DNA from: Pseudoflavonifractor capillosus
GTDB taxonomy: Bacteria; Bacillota; Clostridia; Oscillospirales; Oscillospiraceae
Length of the DNA stretch: 64,000 nt
NCBI RefSeq assembly: GCF_016899775.1
Contig: NZ_JACJJE010000007.1
Location: forward strand, 23,256-87,255
Direction of reading: 5' to 3'
Position numbers and translations under genes: made by a program
The notes under the pieces: generated by a model
What the model saw: the letters and a program-made list of their open reading frames with translations, nothing else
Database searches by the model: none
What the model was told of the DNA's origin: nothing
Shown here: one piece after another, positions 17,967-27,709 of the stretch
How positions within the stretch are numbered: position 1 is the first letter of the stretch
Layout of the letters: every line of letters starts with the position of its first letter

Positions 17967-19985
17967 ATGAATCCGGCCCGCAGAAGCGGCAGGATCGGAA
18001 AGGCGGTATCTGACATGGATAAGAAATTGGGAGCACTGACTGCAGCGGCGGCTGTAGCTGGAGCGGGCGCGGCGGTAGTTCTGGCAAAGAAGGGGGGCGG
18101 CGGCAAAAAAGCGGCGGAGAAGTCCGGGCCTGAAACCTGCGCCCCGGCCTCCTATCGGAATACAGAGCTGGGGAAACACGAGAAAAACCGCAAGGGTATC
18201 TATTACACCAACGGCAACTATGAGGCCTTCGCCCGGCCGGAGAAGCCGGAGGGGGTGGAGAACAAAAGCGCCTACATCGTGGGCAGCGGCCTGGCGGCCC
18301 TGGCGGCGGCCTGTTTCCTGGTGCGGGACGGGCAGATGCCCGGGGACCACATCCACATCCTGGAGGCCATGGACGTGGCCGGCGGGGCCTGCGACGGCAT
18401 TTTCGACCCCAGCCGGGGCTATGTGATGCGGGGTGGCCGGGAGATGGAGGACCACTTCGAGTGTCTGTGGGACCTGTTCCGCTCCATCCCCTCCCTGGAG
18501 AAGCCGGGGGCCTCGGTGCTGGACGAGTTTTACTGGCTCAACAAGCACGACCCCAACTACTCCCTGTGCCGGGCAACGGTGGACCGGGGCCGGGACGCCC
18601 GCACCGACGGGAAGTTCAACCTGAGCCAGAAGGGCTGCATGGAGATCATGAAGCTCTTCATGACCCCGGACGAGGACCTGTACGACAAGACCATCGAGGA
18701 CGTCTTTGACGACGAGGTGTTCTCCTCCACCTTCTGGCTGTACTGGCGGACCATGTTCGCCTTTGAGAACTGGCACAGCGCCCTGGAGATGAAGCTCTAC
18801 TTCCAGCGCTTCATCCACCACATCGCGGGACTCCCCGACTTCAGCGCCCTGAAGTTCACCCGGTACAACCAGTATGAGTCCCTAATCCTGCCCATGCAGA
18901 AGTACCTGGAGGCCGCCGGGGTGGACTTCCGCTTCGGTACCGAGGTCACCAACGTGATCTTCGACATCCGGGACGGCAGAAAGACGGCCACCGCCATCGA
19001 GTGCCGGGTCAACGGCGCGGAGCAGGGCATTGTCCTCACGGAGAGCGACCTGGTGTTTGTCACCAACGGCTCCTGCACCGAGGGGACCATCTACGGCGAC
19101 CAGGACCACGCCCCCAACGGGGACGCGGAGGTGCGCACCAGCGGCTGCTGGAGCTTGTGGAAGAACATCGCCAAGCAGGATCCCGCCTTTGGACGGCCGG
19201 AGAAGTTCTGCTCCGACATCTCCAAGACCAACTGGGAGTCGGCCACCATCACCACCCTGGACGACAAGATCCTCCCCTATATTACCAACATCTGCAAGCG
19301 AGACCCCCGCACCGGGAAGGTGGTCACCGGCGGCATCGTCAGCTGTCAGGACTCCAAGTGGCTGCTGAGCTGGACCATCAACCGCCAGGGGCAGTTTAAG
19401 GAGCAGGAGCCGGAGCGAGTGTGCGTCTGGGTGTACGGCCTCTTTACCGACGTGCCCGGCGACTATGTGAAAAAGCCCATGAAGGAGTGTACCGGGAAGG
19501 AGATCACCCAGGAGTGGCTCTACCACATCGGCGTGCCGGTGGAGCAGATCCCGGACCTGGCCGCCCACAGCGCCGTGTGCGTGCCCACCATGATGCCCTA
19601 CATCACCGCCTTTTTCATGCCCCGGACCAGGGGAGACCGGCCCGATGTGATCCCCGACGGCTGTGTGAACTTCGCCTTCCTGGGCCAGTTCGCCGATACC
19701 CCCCGGGACACCGTGTTCACCACCGAGTACTCCGTGCGCACCGCCATGGAGGCCGTCTACGGCCTGCTGGGGGTGGACCGGGGCGTGCCCGAGGTGTGGG
19801 GCAGCGTGTACGACATCCGGGAGCTGCTGCACAGCACCGTCTGCCTGATGGACGGCAGGTCCCCGCTGGATGTCTCGCTGCCCGGTCCTCTGGAACTGCT
19901 GAAAAAGCCGCTGCTGAGGGCGGTCCGGGGCACCGTCATCGAGAAGGTCCTGCGGGATCAGGACGTGCTCCGGGACAACATGTGA
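17967..19985 (+). CDS. oleate hydratase (MCRA / 67-kDa myosin-cross-reactive-antigen family, FAD-dependent) with Ala/Gly-rich N-terminal extension
   Basis: YYTNGNYEAFARPEKPE, YIVGSGLAALAAACFLV (FAD GxGxxA) and the MKLYFQRFIHH region are typical of this family. An alternative start is MDKK at 18015. Confidence 0.75.
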   Translation: MNPARRSGRIGKAVSDMDKKLGALTAAAAVAGAGAAVVLAKKGGGGKKAAEKSGPETCAPASYRNTELGKHEKNRKGIYYTNGNYEAFARPEKPEGVENKSAYIVGSGLAALAAACFLVRDGQMPGDHIHILEAMDVAGGACDGIFDPSRGYVMRGGREMEDHFECLWDLFRSIPSLEKPGASVLDEFYWLNKHDPNYSLCRATVDRGRDARTDGKFNLSQKGCMEIMKLFMTPDEDLYDKTIEDVFDDEVFSSTFWLYWRTMFAFENWHSALEMKLYFQRFIHHIAGLPDFSALKFTRYNQYESLILPMQKYLEAAGVDFRFGTEVTNVIFDIRDGRKTATAIECRVNGAEQGIVLTESDLVFVTNGSCTEGTIYGDQDHAPNGDAEVRTSGCWSLWKNIAKQDPAFGRPEKFCSDISKTNWESATITTLDDKILPYITNICKRDPRTGKVVTGGIVSCQDSKWLLSWTINRQGQFKEQEPERVCVWVYGLFTDVPGDYVKKPMKECTGKEITQEWLYHIGVPVEQIPDLAAHSAVCVPTMMPYITAFFMPRTRGDRPDVIPDGCVNFAFLGQFADTPRDTVFTTEYSVRTAMEAVYGLLGVDRGVPEVWGSVYDIRELLHSTVCLMDGRSPLDVSLPGPLELLKKPLLRAVRGTVIEKVLRDQDVLRDNM

Positions 19986-20126
19986 CCGTTGGGTTCTGCC
20001 ATTCTGCGTCCTGAAAACCGAGGAGACGACCGTTACCCAGAATACTTTCATCCCTAACCGGGGACTCCTTCTCAAAGATCGTCGCCCGTCATGAGATTGA
20101 AAACATTGATATAATGACAAATGAAA

Positions 20127-20157
20127 GAGGATCGTATCGAGTTATGATACGATCCTC
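20127..20157 (-). terminator. hairpin terminator downstream of integrase gene
   Basis: GAGGATCGTATC-gagttat-GATACGATCCTC; the minus-strand reading is followed by a T-rich tract. Confidence 0.4.
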
Positions 20158-20159
20158 CT

Positions 20160-21752
20160 CTATTTCAGATTCCCCCCCAGCATTCCCTGCATCATCGCAT
20201 ACCACTTCGCCGCCGTGTGCCTCGTCACCCCGGCGCCTTTGGCGATGGCCCGATAACTGGTCACGTTGGGGTGGAACTTCATGTACATCCAGATCTTCTT
20301 CTGGGTTTTGGTGAGCTTGTCCGGCGGAGCGATGCCCCGCATTTTGTCCCGCAAGGCCTGCCGCTCCGCATTCATCTGCTGGATCAGCACCTTCAGTTTC
20401 GCCTCGCACTCCTCCCGAGTGTGGGCGTAGACGCATTTGGAATGCTTGGTGCCGTCCGGCCAGGTGGGGGAGTAGCGGCCTTCGAACAGGTGGTCATTGA
20501 TTTGGGTGATGCACCCGGTGCCGGGCTTCCGGGTTTTTCTCAGCACCGGCTGGAAGTTCGCAGCCAAGTCCTGCTCTGCCTGAACGGATTCCGCCTGTAC
20601 CTCGTTGCCCAGACCACGGTCGATCTTGGCCGCCGCCTCGGTCTGCATATCCCCTGTGACGTGGGTGTAGATGTCCAGGGTGGTTGCCGCCGACACATGG
20701 CCCAGCATGGCGGAGAGGGTCTTCACATCCATGCCGCTCTCCAGGGACAGGGTGGCAAAGGTGTGGCGTAAATCGTGGAATCTGATCCTCTTACACCCGG
20801 CCCGCTCCAAAATGATCTGGAGCCGCCGGCGCACCGCTCCCGGCGTCATGGGCATGTCCTCTTTGACCGGCGAGGAAAACATCCACCGGGAGTCCACCGT
20901 CTCCCGGTATTGCCGCAGCACCTCCACCACGCCGGGCGGCAGGACCAGCCTGCGGATGGACGCCTTGGTTTTGGGGACGCTCACCTGGAGCTGTCCCTTC
21001 ACCTCGTAGACCTGCTTGTTCACGGTCAGGGCCCCGGTCTTGAAATCCAGATCGTCCCACTGGAGAGCCAGTAGCTCTCCTCGGCGCAGGCCGGTGCATA
21101 AGTCCAGAAGAAACAGTTCGAAATAACCTTCTGCCTGTGCCTGGATGAGGAACCGCTGGAGCTCTTCCCGGCCCAGCACCTGCATTTCCCTGCCCCGCTT
21201 GGGCGGCAGCTTGCAGCCCACCGCCGGGTTGGTGCGGATCAGTTCCTCCTGCACCGCCTTCTCCAGCGCGGACCGGCAGGCGGCGTGGAGGCCGCGTACC
21301 ATGGAGTCGGAGAGGCCCTTGCCGAACTGCTCCGTGCGGATGAGCCGCCCGCCCGTTTTCATCCGGGCATAGAACTGCTGGAGGTCCTTCTGGGCCAGCT
21401 GGTTCAGGGGGATCTTCCCCAGCTCCGGGATGATGTGCTGATAGATCTTCGCCTCGTAGTTGGCCTGGGTGGTAGGGCGGATCTGAGGTTTCACATAGTT
21501 CTGGTACCAGAAGTCCAGCCACTCCCCGAAGGGCATCTCCGGCCGGACCTTCTCCGTCCTGGGGCCGGTCACCGTCTCCCGGAGCTGTTTCAGCTTCTCC
21601 TGGCACTCCCGTTTCGTCTTGGCCAGGACGTTTTTCGTTCTGGGCAGGCCCTTCTCGTCATAGCCGATGACCACCCGGCCCTCCCAGCGGCCGTCGTTCC
21701 GCTGGCGGACGGAGCCCTCGCCCTTTTTACGCCGCTTACCCATGGCGGGCAC
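20160..21752 (-). CDS. tyrosine-type site-specific recombinase/integrase with ~140-aa C-terminal extension
   Basis: N-terminal AP2-like arm-binding module (GRWEGRVVIGYDEKG). Catalytic HDLRHTFAT...LGH...IYTH motifs. The C-terminal extension repeats an arm-like module (GRYSPTWPDGTKHSKCVYAHTREECEAKLKVL) and ends in an HTH-like segment. Confidence 0.8.
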   Translation of the reverse strand: MPAMGKRRKKGEGSVRQRNDGRWEGRVVIGYDEKGLPRTKNVLAKTKRECQEKLKQLRETVTGPRTEKVRPEMPFGEWLDFWYQNYVKPQIRPTTQANYEAKIYQHIIPELGKIPLNQLAQKDLQQFYARMKTGGRLIRTEQFGKGLSDSMVRGLHAACRSALEKAVQEELIRTNPAVGCKLPPKRGREMQVLGREELQRFLIQAQAEGYFELFLLDLCTGLRRGELLALQWDDLDFKTGALTVNKQVYEVKGQLQVSVPKTKASIRRLVLPPGVVEVLRQYRETVDSRWMFSSPVKEDMPMTPGAVRRRLQIILERAGCKRIRFHDLRHTFATLSLESGMDVKTLSAMLGHVSAATTLDIYTHVTGDMQTEAAAKIDRGLGNEVQAESVQAEQDLAANFQPVLRKTRKPGTGCITQINDHLFEGRYSPTWPDGTKHSKCVYAHTREECEAKLKVLIQQMNAERQALRDKMRGIAPPDKLTKTQKKIWMYMKFHPNVTSYRAIAKGAGVTRHTAAKWYAMMQGMLGGNLK

Positions 21753-22944
21753 CTCCCTCCGGCCTGTCTCTTTGCCACGGTTTCAGGTCTTCCCCCAGGA
21801 GATCTTCCAGGAAACCGCCCACGATGTGGCTGGCCTCCTGCTGCATGTCCGGCGTCACGTGGGTGTAGGTGTCCAGGGTGAAGCTGGCGTTGGTGTGGCC
21901 CAGGATACCGGACAGGGTCTTGGTGTCCACGCCGCTGGTGAGGGCGTGGGTGGCAAAAGTGTGCCTTAAATCGTGGAATCGGATCGCAGGCAGCCCCGCC
22001 TCTCTTAAGATTCGCTTCATCCAGTAGTAGGCGGCACTGGGGCGTACCGGCTTCTCCGGAGCCAGAGGTTCCGGGAAAATCCACTGACTGACGGCGTGCT
22101 TTTTCCGCTCCTTCAGCCGCTGGACGGTGCTGGGCGGCAGACGAATGGTCCGCCGGCCCTGGCTGGTCTTCGTCTCGCCGATCTCCAGCTCTCCGGCCTT
22201 GGGGACATTTACCGACCGAAGGACCCTCAGCGTTCCGGCCTTCTCGTCGAAGTCCTGCCACATGAGACCGCAGATCTCGCCCCGCCGCAGGCCGGTGGTC
22301 AGCTCCGTGTAGAAGAAGTCACGCCAGATCTCGCTGCGGTCTACCGCCGCCAGGAAGATGTCCATCTGCTCCTTTGTGAGGATCTGTTTGGGCTTATAGC
22401 TGGCCTTGGGCACCACAGCCCCGTCGGTGGGGTTCCGGGCGATCACATGGGCGGCCTCCGCGTCCTTCAGGCACCGATGGAGCATGGCGTGGATGCGGAG
22501 CACCATGGTGTCCGACAGTTCGTGCCCGTGTTCCGGGTGCTCGCGGACACGGCCCTCGTGTTTCAGTTTTCGGTACAGCTTTTGAATGTCCATGCGGGTC
22601 ACCCGGGAGACGATCTTATCCCCCAGATAGGGCTTGATGTAGCACAGGATGAACTGCTCGTAGCTGCGCAGGGTGTTGGGCCGCAGGGTGGCCGCACCGT
22701 AGTCCTCCATCCACCGGTCCAGCCATTCCCCCAGAGTCATGCGGCTGTCCTCGGTGAGCTCCACGTCCTGAAAGGCCTCCAGGTCCCGGTGGAGCTTGTC
22801 CAGCAGTTCCTTCTGGGTTTTCGCCAGGACATACCGAAAGATGGGCTCGCCGTTTTGCTTGTGGCCCACCACGATGCGGCCCTCCCAGCGGCCGTCCTCC
22901 CGCTTTCGGACCATGCCGTCGCCGGATGGCCGTCGCTTTGTCAT
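21736..22944 (-). CDS. tyrosine-type site-specific recombinase/integrase
   Basis: REDGRWEGRIVVGHK arm-binding module and HDLRHTFATHALTSG...LGH...YTH catalytic motifs. Overlaps the downstream integrase by 17 nt. Confidence 0.8.
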   Translation of the reverse strand: MTKRRPSGDGMVRKREDGRWEGRIVVGHKQNGEPIFRYVLAKTQKELLDKLHRDLEAFQDVELTEDSRMTLGEWLDRWMEDYGAATLRPNTLRSYEQFILCYIKPYLGDKIVSRVTRMDIQKLYRKLKHEGRVREHPEHGHELSDTMVLRIHAMLHRCLKDAEAAHVIARNPTDGAVVPKASYKPKQILTKEQMDIFLAAVDRSEIWRDFFYTELTTGLRRGEICGLMWQDFDEKAGTLRVLRSVNVPKAGELEIGETKTSQGRRTIRLPPSTVQRLKERKKHAVSQWIFPEPLAPEKPVRPSAAYYWMKRILREAGLPAIRFHDLRHTFATHALTSGVDTKTLSGILGHTNASFTLDTYTHVTPDMQQEASHIVGGFLEDLLGEDLKPWQRDRPEGGARHG

Positions 22945-22947
22945 GGT

Positions 22948-23250
22948 CTATTCCTCCTTATAGATGCTGCTTAGTTCGCCGTTGTCCTCGTCCAGTGCTT
23001 CCAGGACGATGCGTGCTCCCAGCCGGAAGCCCAGGATGAACTGCTCCAGTGCCATGGTGCTGCAGATCTCATTCTCCGCATTGAGGAGCCGCCGCAGCAG
23101 GACCTTATCTTGTTCCTCCAGACGGGCGGTAAGTTTCTCTTCGCACTCCTCCGATTGGTCTATGGCTTTTTGCAGGGACGAGTTCGGTCTGGTTTGTCTT
23201 TCATTGGGGGTGATGGATCCGAAATACAGATTTTCTAGTGTGTCTCGCAT
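22948..23250 (-). CDS. small hypothetical protein (accessory to the recombinase pair)
   Basis: 100-aa ORF lying 4 nt upstream of the first integrase; acidic and helical. Confidence 0.4.
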   Translation of the reverse strand: MRDTLENLYFGSITPNERQTRPNSSLQKAIDQSEECEEKLTARLEEQDKVLLRRLLNAENEICSTMALEQFILGFRLGARIVLEALDEDNGELSSIYKEE

Positions 23251-23503
23251 GTGTGCCGCCTCCTTTTACGACTCGCCAAGCGCCTCGCTTCGCTCGGTTG
23301 TTCGCATGCATGGAGCCTGTGGGCTCCTATCAGCAACACACAATACCCGAACTTCCTCCCAATAGCCACCCCCAACCGCAACTATTTTCAGAAAGTTATC
23401 ATTTTCAGAAACTCTGGTACGGGCTATCAAACACCTTGTCTCCCCGCCGCCGCTGTGATATGATTTTCATACAGACTGTGCAGAGCAGGGGGACGGAGAT
23501 CCT

Positions 23504-23959
23504 ATGGCGGAAGTGATTGCACTAATGGAAGAGTTCGGAACGTCCGTGCTCCAGCCCGGTGCCGTGGTCGGCATCGCCGTCACTGTTATCCTCTTTATCC
23601 TGGAGGTGCGGTGGTCCCATGCCCATCCGCCCCATAGCAGGCGCGTGGAGAAAGCAGTCGCCCTGGGCCATGTGGTGACGGCCAAGCGGATCAAATACTG
23701 GGATGACGGCGTCACGCCTGATGAGAAGACCACCTCGCACTATCACGCCACCTACGCCTATGAGGTCTCCGGAAAACAGTATCAGTACAAATACCTGGAG
23801 CGCGCCGTCCCGCCGGTGCAGATCCAGCTGTACTATCTGGATGATCCCGGCAGAGCATTCCGCAGCAAAGAAAAGCGAAGCGGATTCGCTCAAGTTTTCT
23901 TTCTCCTGTTCCCCATCGCGGTGGGTGTGGCAGTGATGCTCCTGCTTGGGATCAGATGA
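23504..23959 (+). CDS. hypothetical membrane protein
   Basis: 151 aa with hydrophobic N- and C-terminal helices. Confidence 0.35.
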   Translation: MAEVIALMEEFGTSVLQPGAVVGIAVTVILFILEVRWSHAHPPHSRRVEKAVALGHVVTAKRIKYWDDGVTPDEKTTSHYHATYAYEVSGKQYQYKYLERAVPPVQIQLYYLDDPGRAFRSKEKRSGFAQVFFLLFPIAVGVAVMLLLGIR

Positions 23960-24010
23960 TTGGGGCGCCGCCTCCCGCTGGTGCGGGAGGCGGCTTGCTC
24001 ATGTGCGGTG

Positions 24011-24421
24011 TCACTCTGTGAAAGGATGGCCCTGTATTTGGCGCTGCCAGCACTTCTGGAAGGTTGGCACGCTGCCCAGGTTCTTGACCTCTTGGGCACT
24101 GTCCTCCCGAATCCAGCGCAGCTCCTCACTGTTGGTGTTCAGAATTGTGGACAGCAGACGGGCCACCGTGGCCAGCTCCACCGCCATCTTGTACTGGCCT
24201 GTTCCCAGGGATTTGCACAGGGTCTCGAATCGGTTTGTGTCAAAGCCGTCCCTGTGGAGCTGGGGCAGCTCCTGGGTGAGCAGATAGTTCACATAGAACT
24301 CAATGGCCCGTTCCACAAAACTGTTGCGGGAGCGGACGCCGGCCCGTGTCAGATTCTCGTCGCACAGTTTCAGGTGCTTGGGGGTCAGGGCGATTCCCGC
24401 CTTAACGCGTTTTTCGGACAT
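24011..24421 (-). CDS. hypothetical protein (element-borne)
   Basis: 136-aa ORF; no confident family. Confidence 0.35.
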   Translation of the reverse strand: MSEKRVKAGIALTPKHLKLCDENLTRAGVRSRNSFVERAIEFYVNYLLTQELPQLHRDGFDTNRFETLCKSLGTGQYKMAVELATVARLLSTILNTNSEELRWIREDSAQEVKNLGSVPTFQKCWQRQIQGHPFTE

Positions 24422-24749
24422 AGGATAGATTCACCTCCCCGGTACCAAGGGTGTACCTTCGGAACCCCTTGATTTTTCTGGAGTTTTGGTTGGTTTCCGC
24501 ACCGGTATTGGGTACCAGACTGCCAAAAGCGACGCTGTGACCGGTACCGCCGGCCCGCCCTGCGGGTCCGGTGTTTTCGGGGCGGGAGGCACCGGCCAGG
24601 TGTCCGCCCCTTTTTCCTTGTACTCAAATCCAACGGCCCAAATCTCCGCAAATCCGGCGGAAAACTGGGGGACAGGAGCCGGGGGTATCCGGGCTCCTGC
24701 TGTGAGAGAAAAAGGCACACGCAGGCGTACAGGAGGCCACACGGGGCGA

Positions 24750-25103
24750 TTACGGCTCAGAGGCGGCCGGGACGGCAGGGGAGAGGAGAGCGGCGGCCTC
24801 TCCGATGTCGGAGGCCAAGTGCAGCCGCACCATCTCTCCCGATACCAGAAGTCGAAAAAGGGCCGACCGGTAACATACGTCTATTTCCTCCTGGCACTGT
24901 TTCACGAACAAACGCTGTTCCTGGGTGAGATCTCCGTGCCGGACGTCGCAGAGATAGAGCTGGACCTGCTGTGCGTCCAGGGGAGTGCCGTGGATTTTCT
25001 GCCAGCGCCGGACGGTGTATCTCTTGATGTCTGCTGTACGTTTGGCGGCCAGAAGCGGGTCCGATTCCAGGAGCGCGTCCATGAGCTTGTGCCACACGGT
25101 CAT
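24750..25103 (-). CDS. hypothetical protein (element-borne)
   Basis: 117-aa ORF overlapping the downstream gene by 4 nt. Confidence 0.35.
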   Translation of the reverse strand: MTVWHKLMDALLESDPLLAAKRTADIKRYTVRRWQKIHGTPLDAQQVQLYLCDVRHGDLTQEQRLFVKQCQEEIDVCYRSALFRLLVSGEMVRLHLASDIGEAAALLSPAVPAASEP

Positions 25104-25531
25104 ATACCTCCCCGCTTTGTGTACTGATTCAGACGTTCATCTGCTTTCCACTGTTCCATTGCACGCTCAGCTTCCTGGATCTGTCCCTCATAAAACTGGT
25201 TGATGGACATCTGGATGGGCAGGATGTGGTAGCGGAGACAGCCATTGCGGGTGCGGCCGTCCCAGGTGGTAACAGTGGTGCGCTCTGTTCGAATCAGACC
25301 CCGGTCCTCCAGCTCGATTACATATTTGCGCACCGTGTTGACGCTCATTCCCACCGCTTCCCCAATCGTTCGGTAGCTGGCCAGACACTGGTAGGTCTTC
25401 CGGTCCTCCTGGCGCATCAGGTAGCCGTAGACTACCACCGCACCGGGGGATAGTCCCAGAGAGTAGATCTCGTTGGGGAGGGGGAAGTAGTTTTTGATGG
25501 GGTCGCGCTTTGTCCAGGTCTGCCGGCTCAT
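25100..25531 (-). CDS. winged-helix replication-initiator-like DNA-binding protein
   Basis: SLGLSPGAVVVYGYLMRQEDRK...GMSVNTVRKYVIELEDRGLI is a wHTH of the kind common in RepA-like proteins of integrative elements. Confidence 0.5.
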   Translation of the reverse strand: MSRQTWTKRDPIKNYFPLPNEIYSLGLSPGAVVVYGYLMRQEDRKTYQCLASYRTIGEAVGMSVNTVRKYVIELEDRGLIRTERTTVTTWDGRTRNGCLRYHILPIQMSINQFYEGQIQEAERAMEQWKADERLNQYTKRGGI

Positions 25532-25740
25532 GTGGCGTCACCTCCCGACTGCAGCTCTACCCACTGGATGAACTTCTCCTTGGGGACCACCATTCGGCTG
25601 CCCACGCGCAGCGTGGGGAAGCCGGGTTCGTGGAACAATTCGTAGGCGGTGGAGATGGACACGCCCAGTACTTGTGCCACAGTTTTCGCGTTGAGGAACA
25701 AGGGGAGCTCCTCATAGTGCTTATAGTTGGATACGATCAA
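25528..25740 (-). CDS. excisionase-family HTH protein (Xis-like)
   Basis: 70 aa; LNAKTVAQVLGVSISTAYELFHEPGFPTLRVGSRMVVPKEKFIQWVE is a MerR/Xis-type DNA-binding fold. Confidence 0.6.
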   Translation of the reverse strand: MIVSNYKHYEELPLFLNAKTVAQVLGVSISTAYELFHEPGFPTLRVGSRMVVPKEKFIQWVELQSGGDAT

Positions 25741-26223
25741 AATTAGTTCCCTCCGAGAAAAAATTCAGAGAAAATTTCCTGCGTTTCGGAGGCCTCTCTG
25801 TCGGACGAAACACAGATTCACGTTGTGTGTTCCGAAACACAGCTGACCGCCGGACTGCTGCGGCGGTTTTGCGGATGTTCGAAACTGTCATGTGTGTCCT
25901 CCTTTATAGATCAATTGCTTGCCACACACCATACCCGTTCCTGCCCTGCGGCCTTGTCTGACCTTCACGGCGTTTCCTTCCCTTTGGTACGCTCGGCTGT
26001 CGGAGCCCTGCGGCAGTGTCCTGGCATTACTTTTCCGGGGAGTATCGTCTCTGGTGATGGGTATTCCCTTGTCAAGGTGCAGTGACTTTGCGGCTGTCTT
26101 TCCATTGACAAATTGCCCTTACGGTGGTAGACTTACCGTAACTTTTAATTAGACAGCTCCGCGACATTATCGTAACCCAGGAGCGGACATCTGTCAAGAC
26201 TTATTATAAAATAATTTTTCGAT

Positions 26224-27210
26224 ATGTCGATTTTGGAGGTGGCTATGTGGTACGCGAAAATGTACGTTTCAGGAAGACATGAGATTTTTGAGTTCGATGC
26301 GTATGGGGTGCAGGGGGCACCCTCCGCAAGGAAGGTCCTTCCCTTTCTGGAGAGTCTGCTGTCGTTCCTGGAACTGGACTGCAGGGAGCTTACACCGATG
26401 TTCCAGAAGATTGGCGACAGCTGGGAGCGCAGAATTGCCGAGGGTGACCGGGAGGCGGGGACAGCAGCCATGATGGAACTGGGAAAGCTGGCGGCCCGGC
26501 ACATCTATTTTCGCCTTCTGTACGTGCGTTGGTTTGAGCGGATGAACTGCATGGGACTTGACCAGGACTGGGGCAGTGAGGAGGACTGGAACATGCTCTC
26601 GGAACTGCGTCAGCTGCCGGAGCAGCTCCCACGGTACCAGGAGCAGATCCAACGTTTCTTTGACCTGGTGCTGGACGTGGACAAGGCGGGGCGGGATCCC
26701 CAGAAGCAGGCCTTCCTGCAGTACCTGGATGGCGAACCCATCCGCCCGGGCATGTTCGCCTTCCGCCCGATCCCGCTGAGCTTCGAACCGGTGGAGTCAG
26801 ATCGGTGTGCTTCGGTTTTGTACGCCTCGGAGCTCCTGGATATGATTGACTACTCCCTGCGTAGCTGCGTGGAACGGGGCATCACCGTCCGGCGGTGCAA
26901 AAGCTGTGGCCGCTATTTTCCGCAGACCGGCCGGGTCAGTGCAGAGTACTGTGAACGCCCGGTGGCCGAAGGTCAGCAGACCTGCCGGGAGAGGGGAGCT
27001 TCCCAGGCGTGGGAACTGAAGCGGTCCAATGATCTGGTGTTTAAGGCCTACCGCAAGGAGTACAAAAAGCGCTTTGCCCGGATCAAGGCCGGAAAGCTGA
27101 CCCAGGAGGAGTTCTCCGCCTGGAGCGAGCAGGCCAGAGAGAAAAGGAGCGAGTGCGACGTAGGGGCACTCACATTGAAAGAATTTGAGCGGTGGCTGAA
27201 GGAGTCGTAA
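26224..27210 (+). CDS. hypothetical Cys-rich protein (cargo of the integrative element)
   Basis: 328 aa with a CKSCGRYF...CERP...CRERG cysteine cluster. An alternative start is MWYAK at 26245. Confidence 0.45.
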   Translation: MSILEVAMWYAKMYVSGRHEIFEFDAYGVQGAPSARKVLPFLESLLSFLELDCRELTPMFQKIGDSWERRIAEGDREAGTAAMMELGKLAARHIYFRLLYVRWFERMNCMGLDQDWGSEEDWNMLSELRQLPEQLPRYQEQIQRFFDLVLDVDKAGRDPQKQAFLQYLDGEPIRPGMFAFRPIPLSFEPVESDRCASVLYASELLDMIDYSLRSCVERGITVRRCKSCGRYFPQTGRVSAEYCERPVAEGQQTCRERGASQAWELKRSNDLVFKAYRKEYKKRFARIKAGKLTQEEFSAWSEQAREKRSECDVGALTLKEFERWLKES

Positions 27211-27236
27211 GGACAAGTCGGCAGAAAATGAACAAC

Positions 27237-27270
27237 GGGATCGGCGATTCAGCCGATCCCGTATTCTTTT
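27237..27270. terminator. bidirectional hairpin terminator
   Basis: GGGATCGGCgattcaGCCGATCCC flanked by an A-run and a T-run. Confidence 0.5.
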
Positions 27271-27328
27271 GAATAGGCAATGCAGATTTTGAGACGCGTG
27301 CTCGTGCTTACACCTGTCATTTCCGAGT

Positions 27329-27709
27329 TTATGACTCAGTTTCATAGGGCCAGGTATTGATACCGCCGAATTCGTAGATGTTGGTGTAGCCCAGTTCCGC
27401 CAGGGCAGAGGATGCTGTCTTGCTGCGGTTCCCGCTGCGGCAGTAGACCAGCACCGTGGAATCTTTTTCAGGGATCACCTCTGCGGCGGTATCCTCGTCG
27501 ATGGTTCCCACCGGCAACAGGACCGCGCCAGGGATGTGGCCGCTGTCGTACTCATCCTGCTCCCGTACATCCAGGATGATGACTTCCTGGGTGTCCATCA
27601 TCTCTTTGGCCTCTTCCTGGGTGATCTGCTGGTATCCGTCTGAGGTATTTCCCTTGCACCCAGTCAACACCAGCAGAAGAGAAATCAGCATGGGCAGAAT
27701 TCGTTTCAT
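27329..27709 (-). CDS. rhodanese-domain lipoprotein
   Basis: Signal peptide with lipobox LTGC. Rhodanese active-site loop CRSGNRS. Confidence 0.75.
   Translation of the reverse strand: MKRILPMLISLLLVLTGCKGNTSDGYQQITQEEAKEMMDTQEVIILDVREQDEYDSGHIPGAVLLPVGTIDEDTAAEVIPEKDSTVLVYCRSGNRSKTASSALAELGYTNIYEFGGINTWPYETES

Larger units (their letters stand above)
20050..27300. mobile_element. integrative (mobilizable-type) element: two tandem tyrosine recombinases, Xis-like, replication-initiator-like and small accessory genes, plus a Cys-rich cargo ORF
   Basis: The gene content at 20160-27210 is lower in GC and bounded by hairpins at 20127-20157 and 27237-27270. No conjugation genes in the window. Exact att ends not identified. 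Confidence 0.5.
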
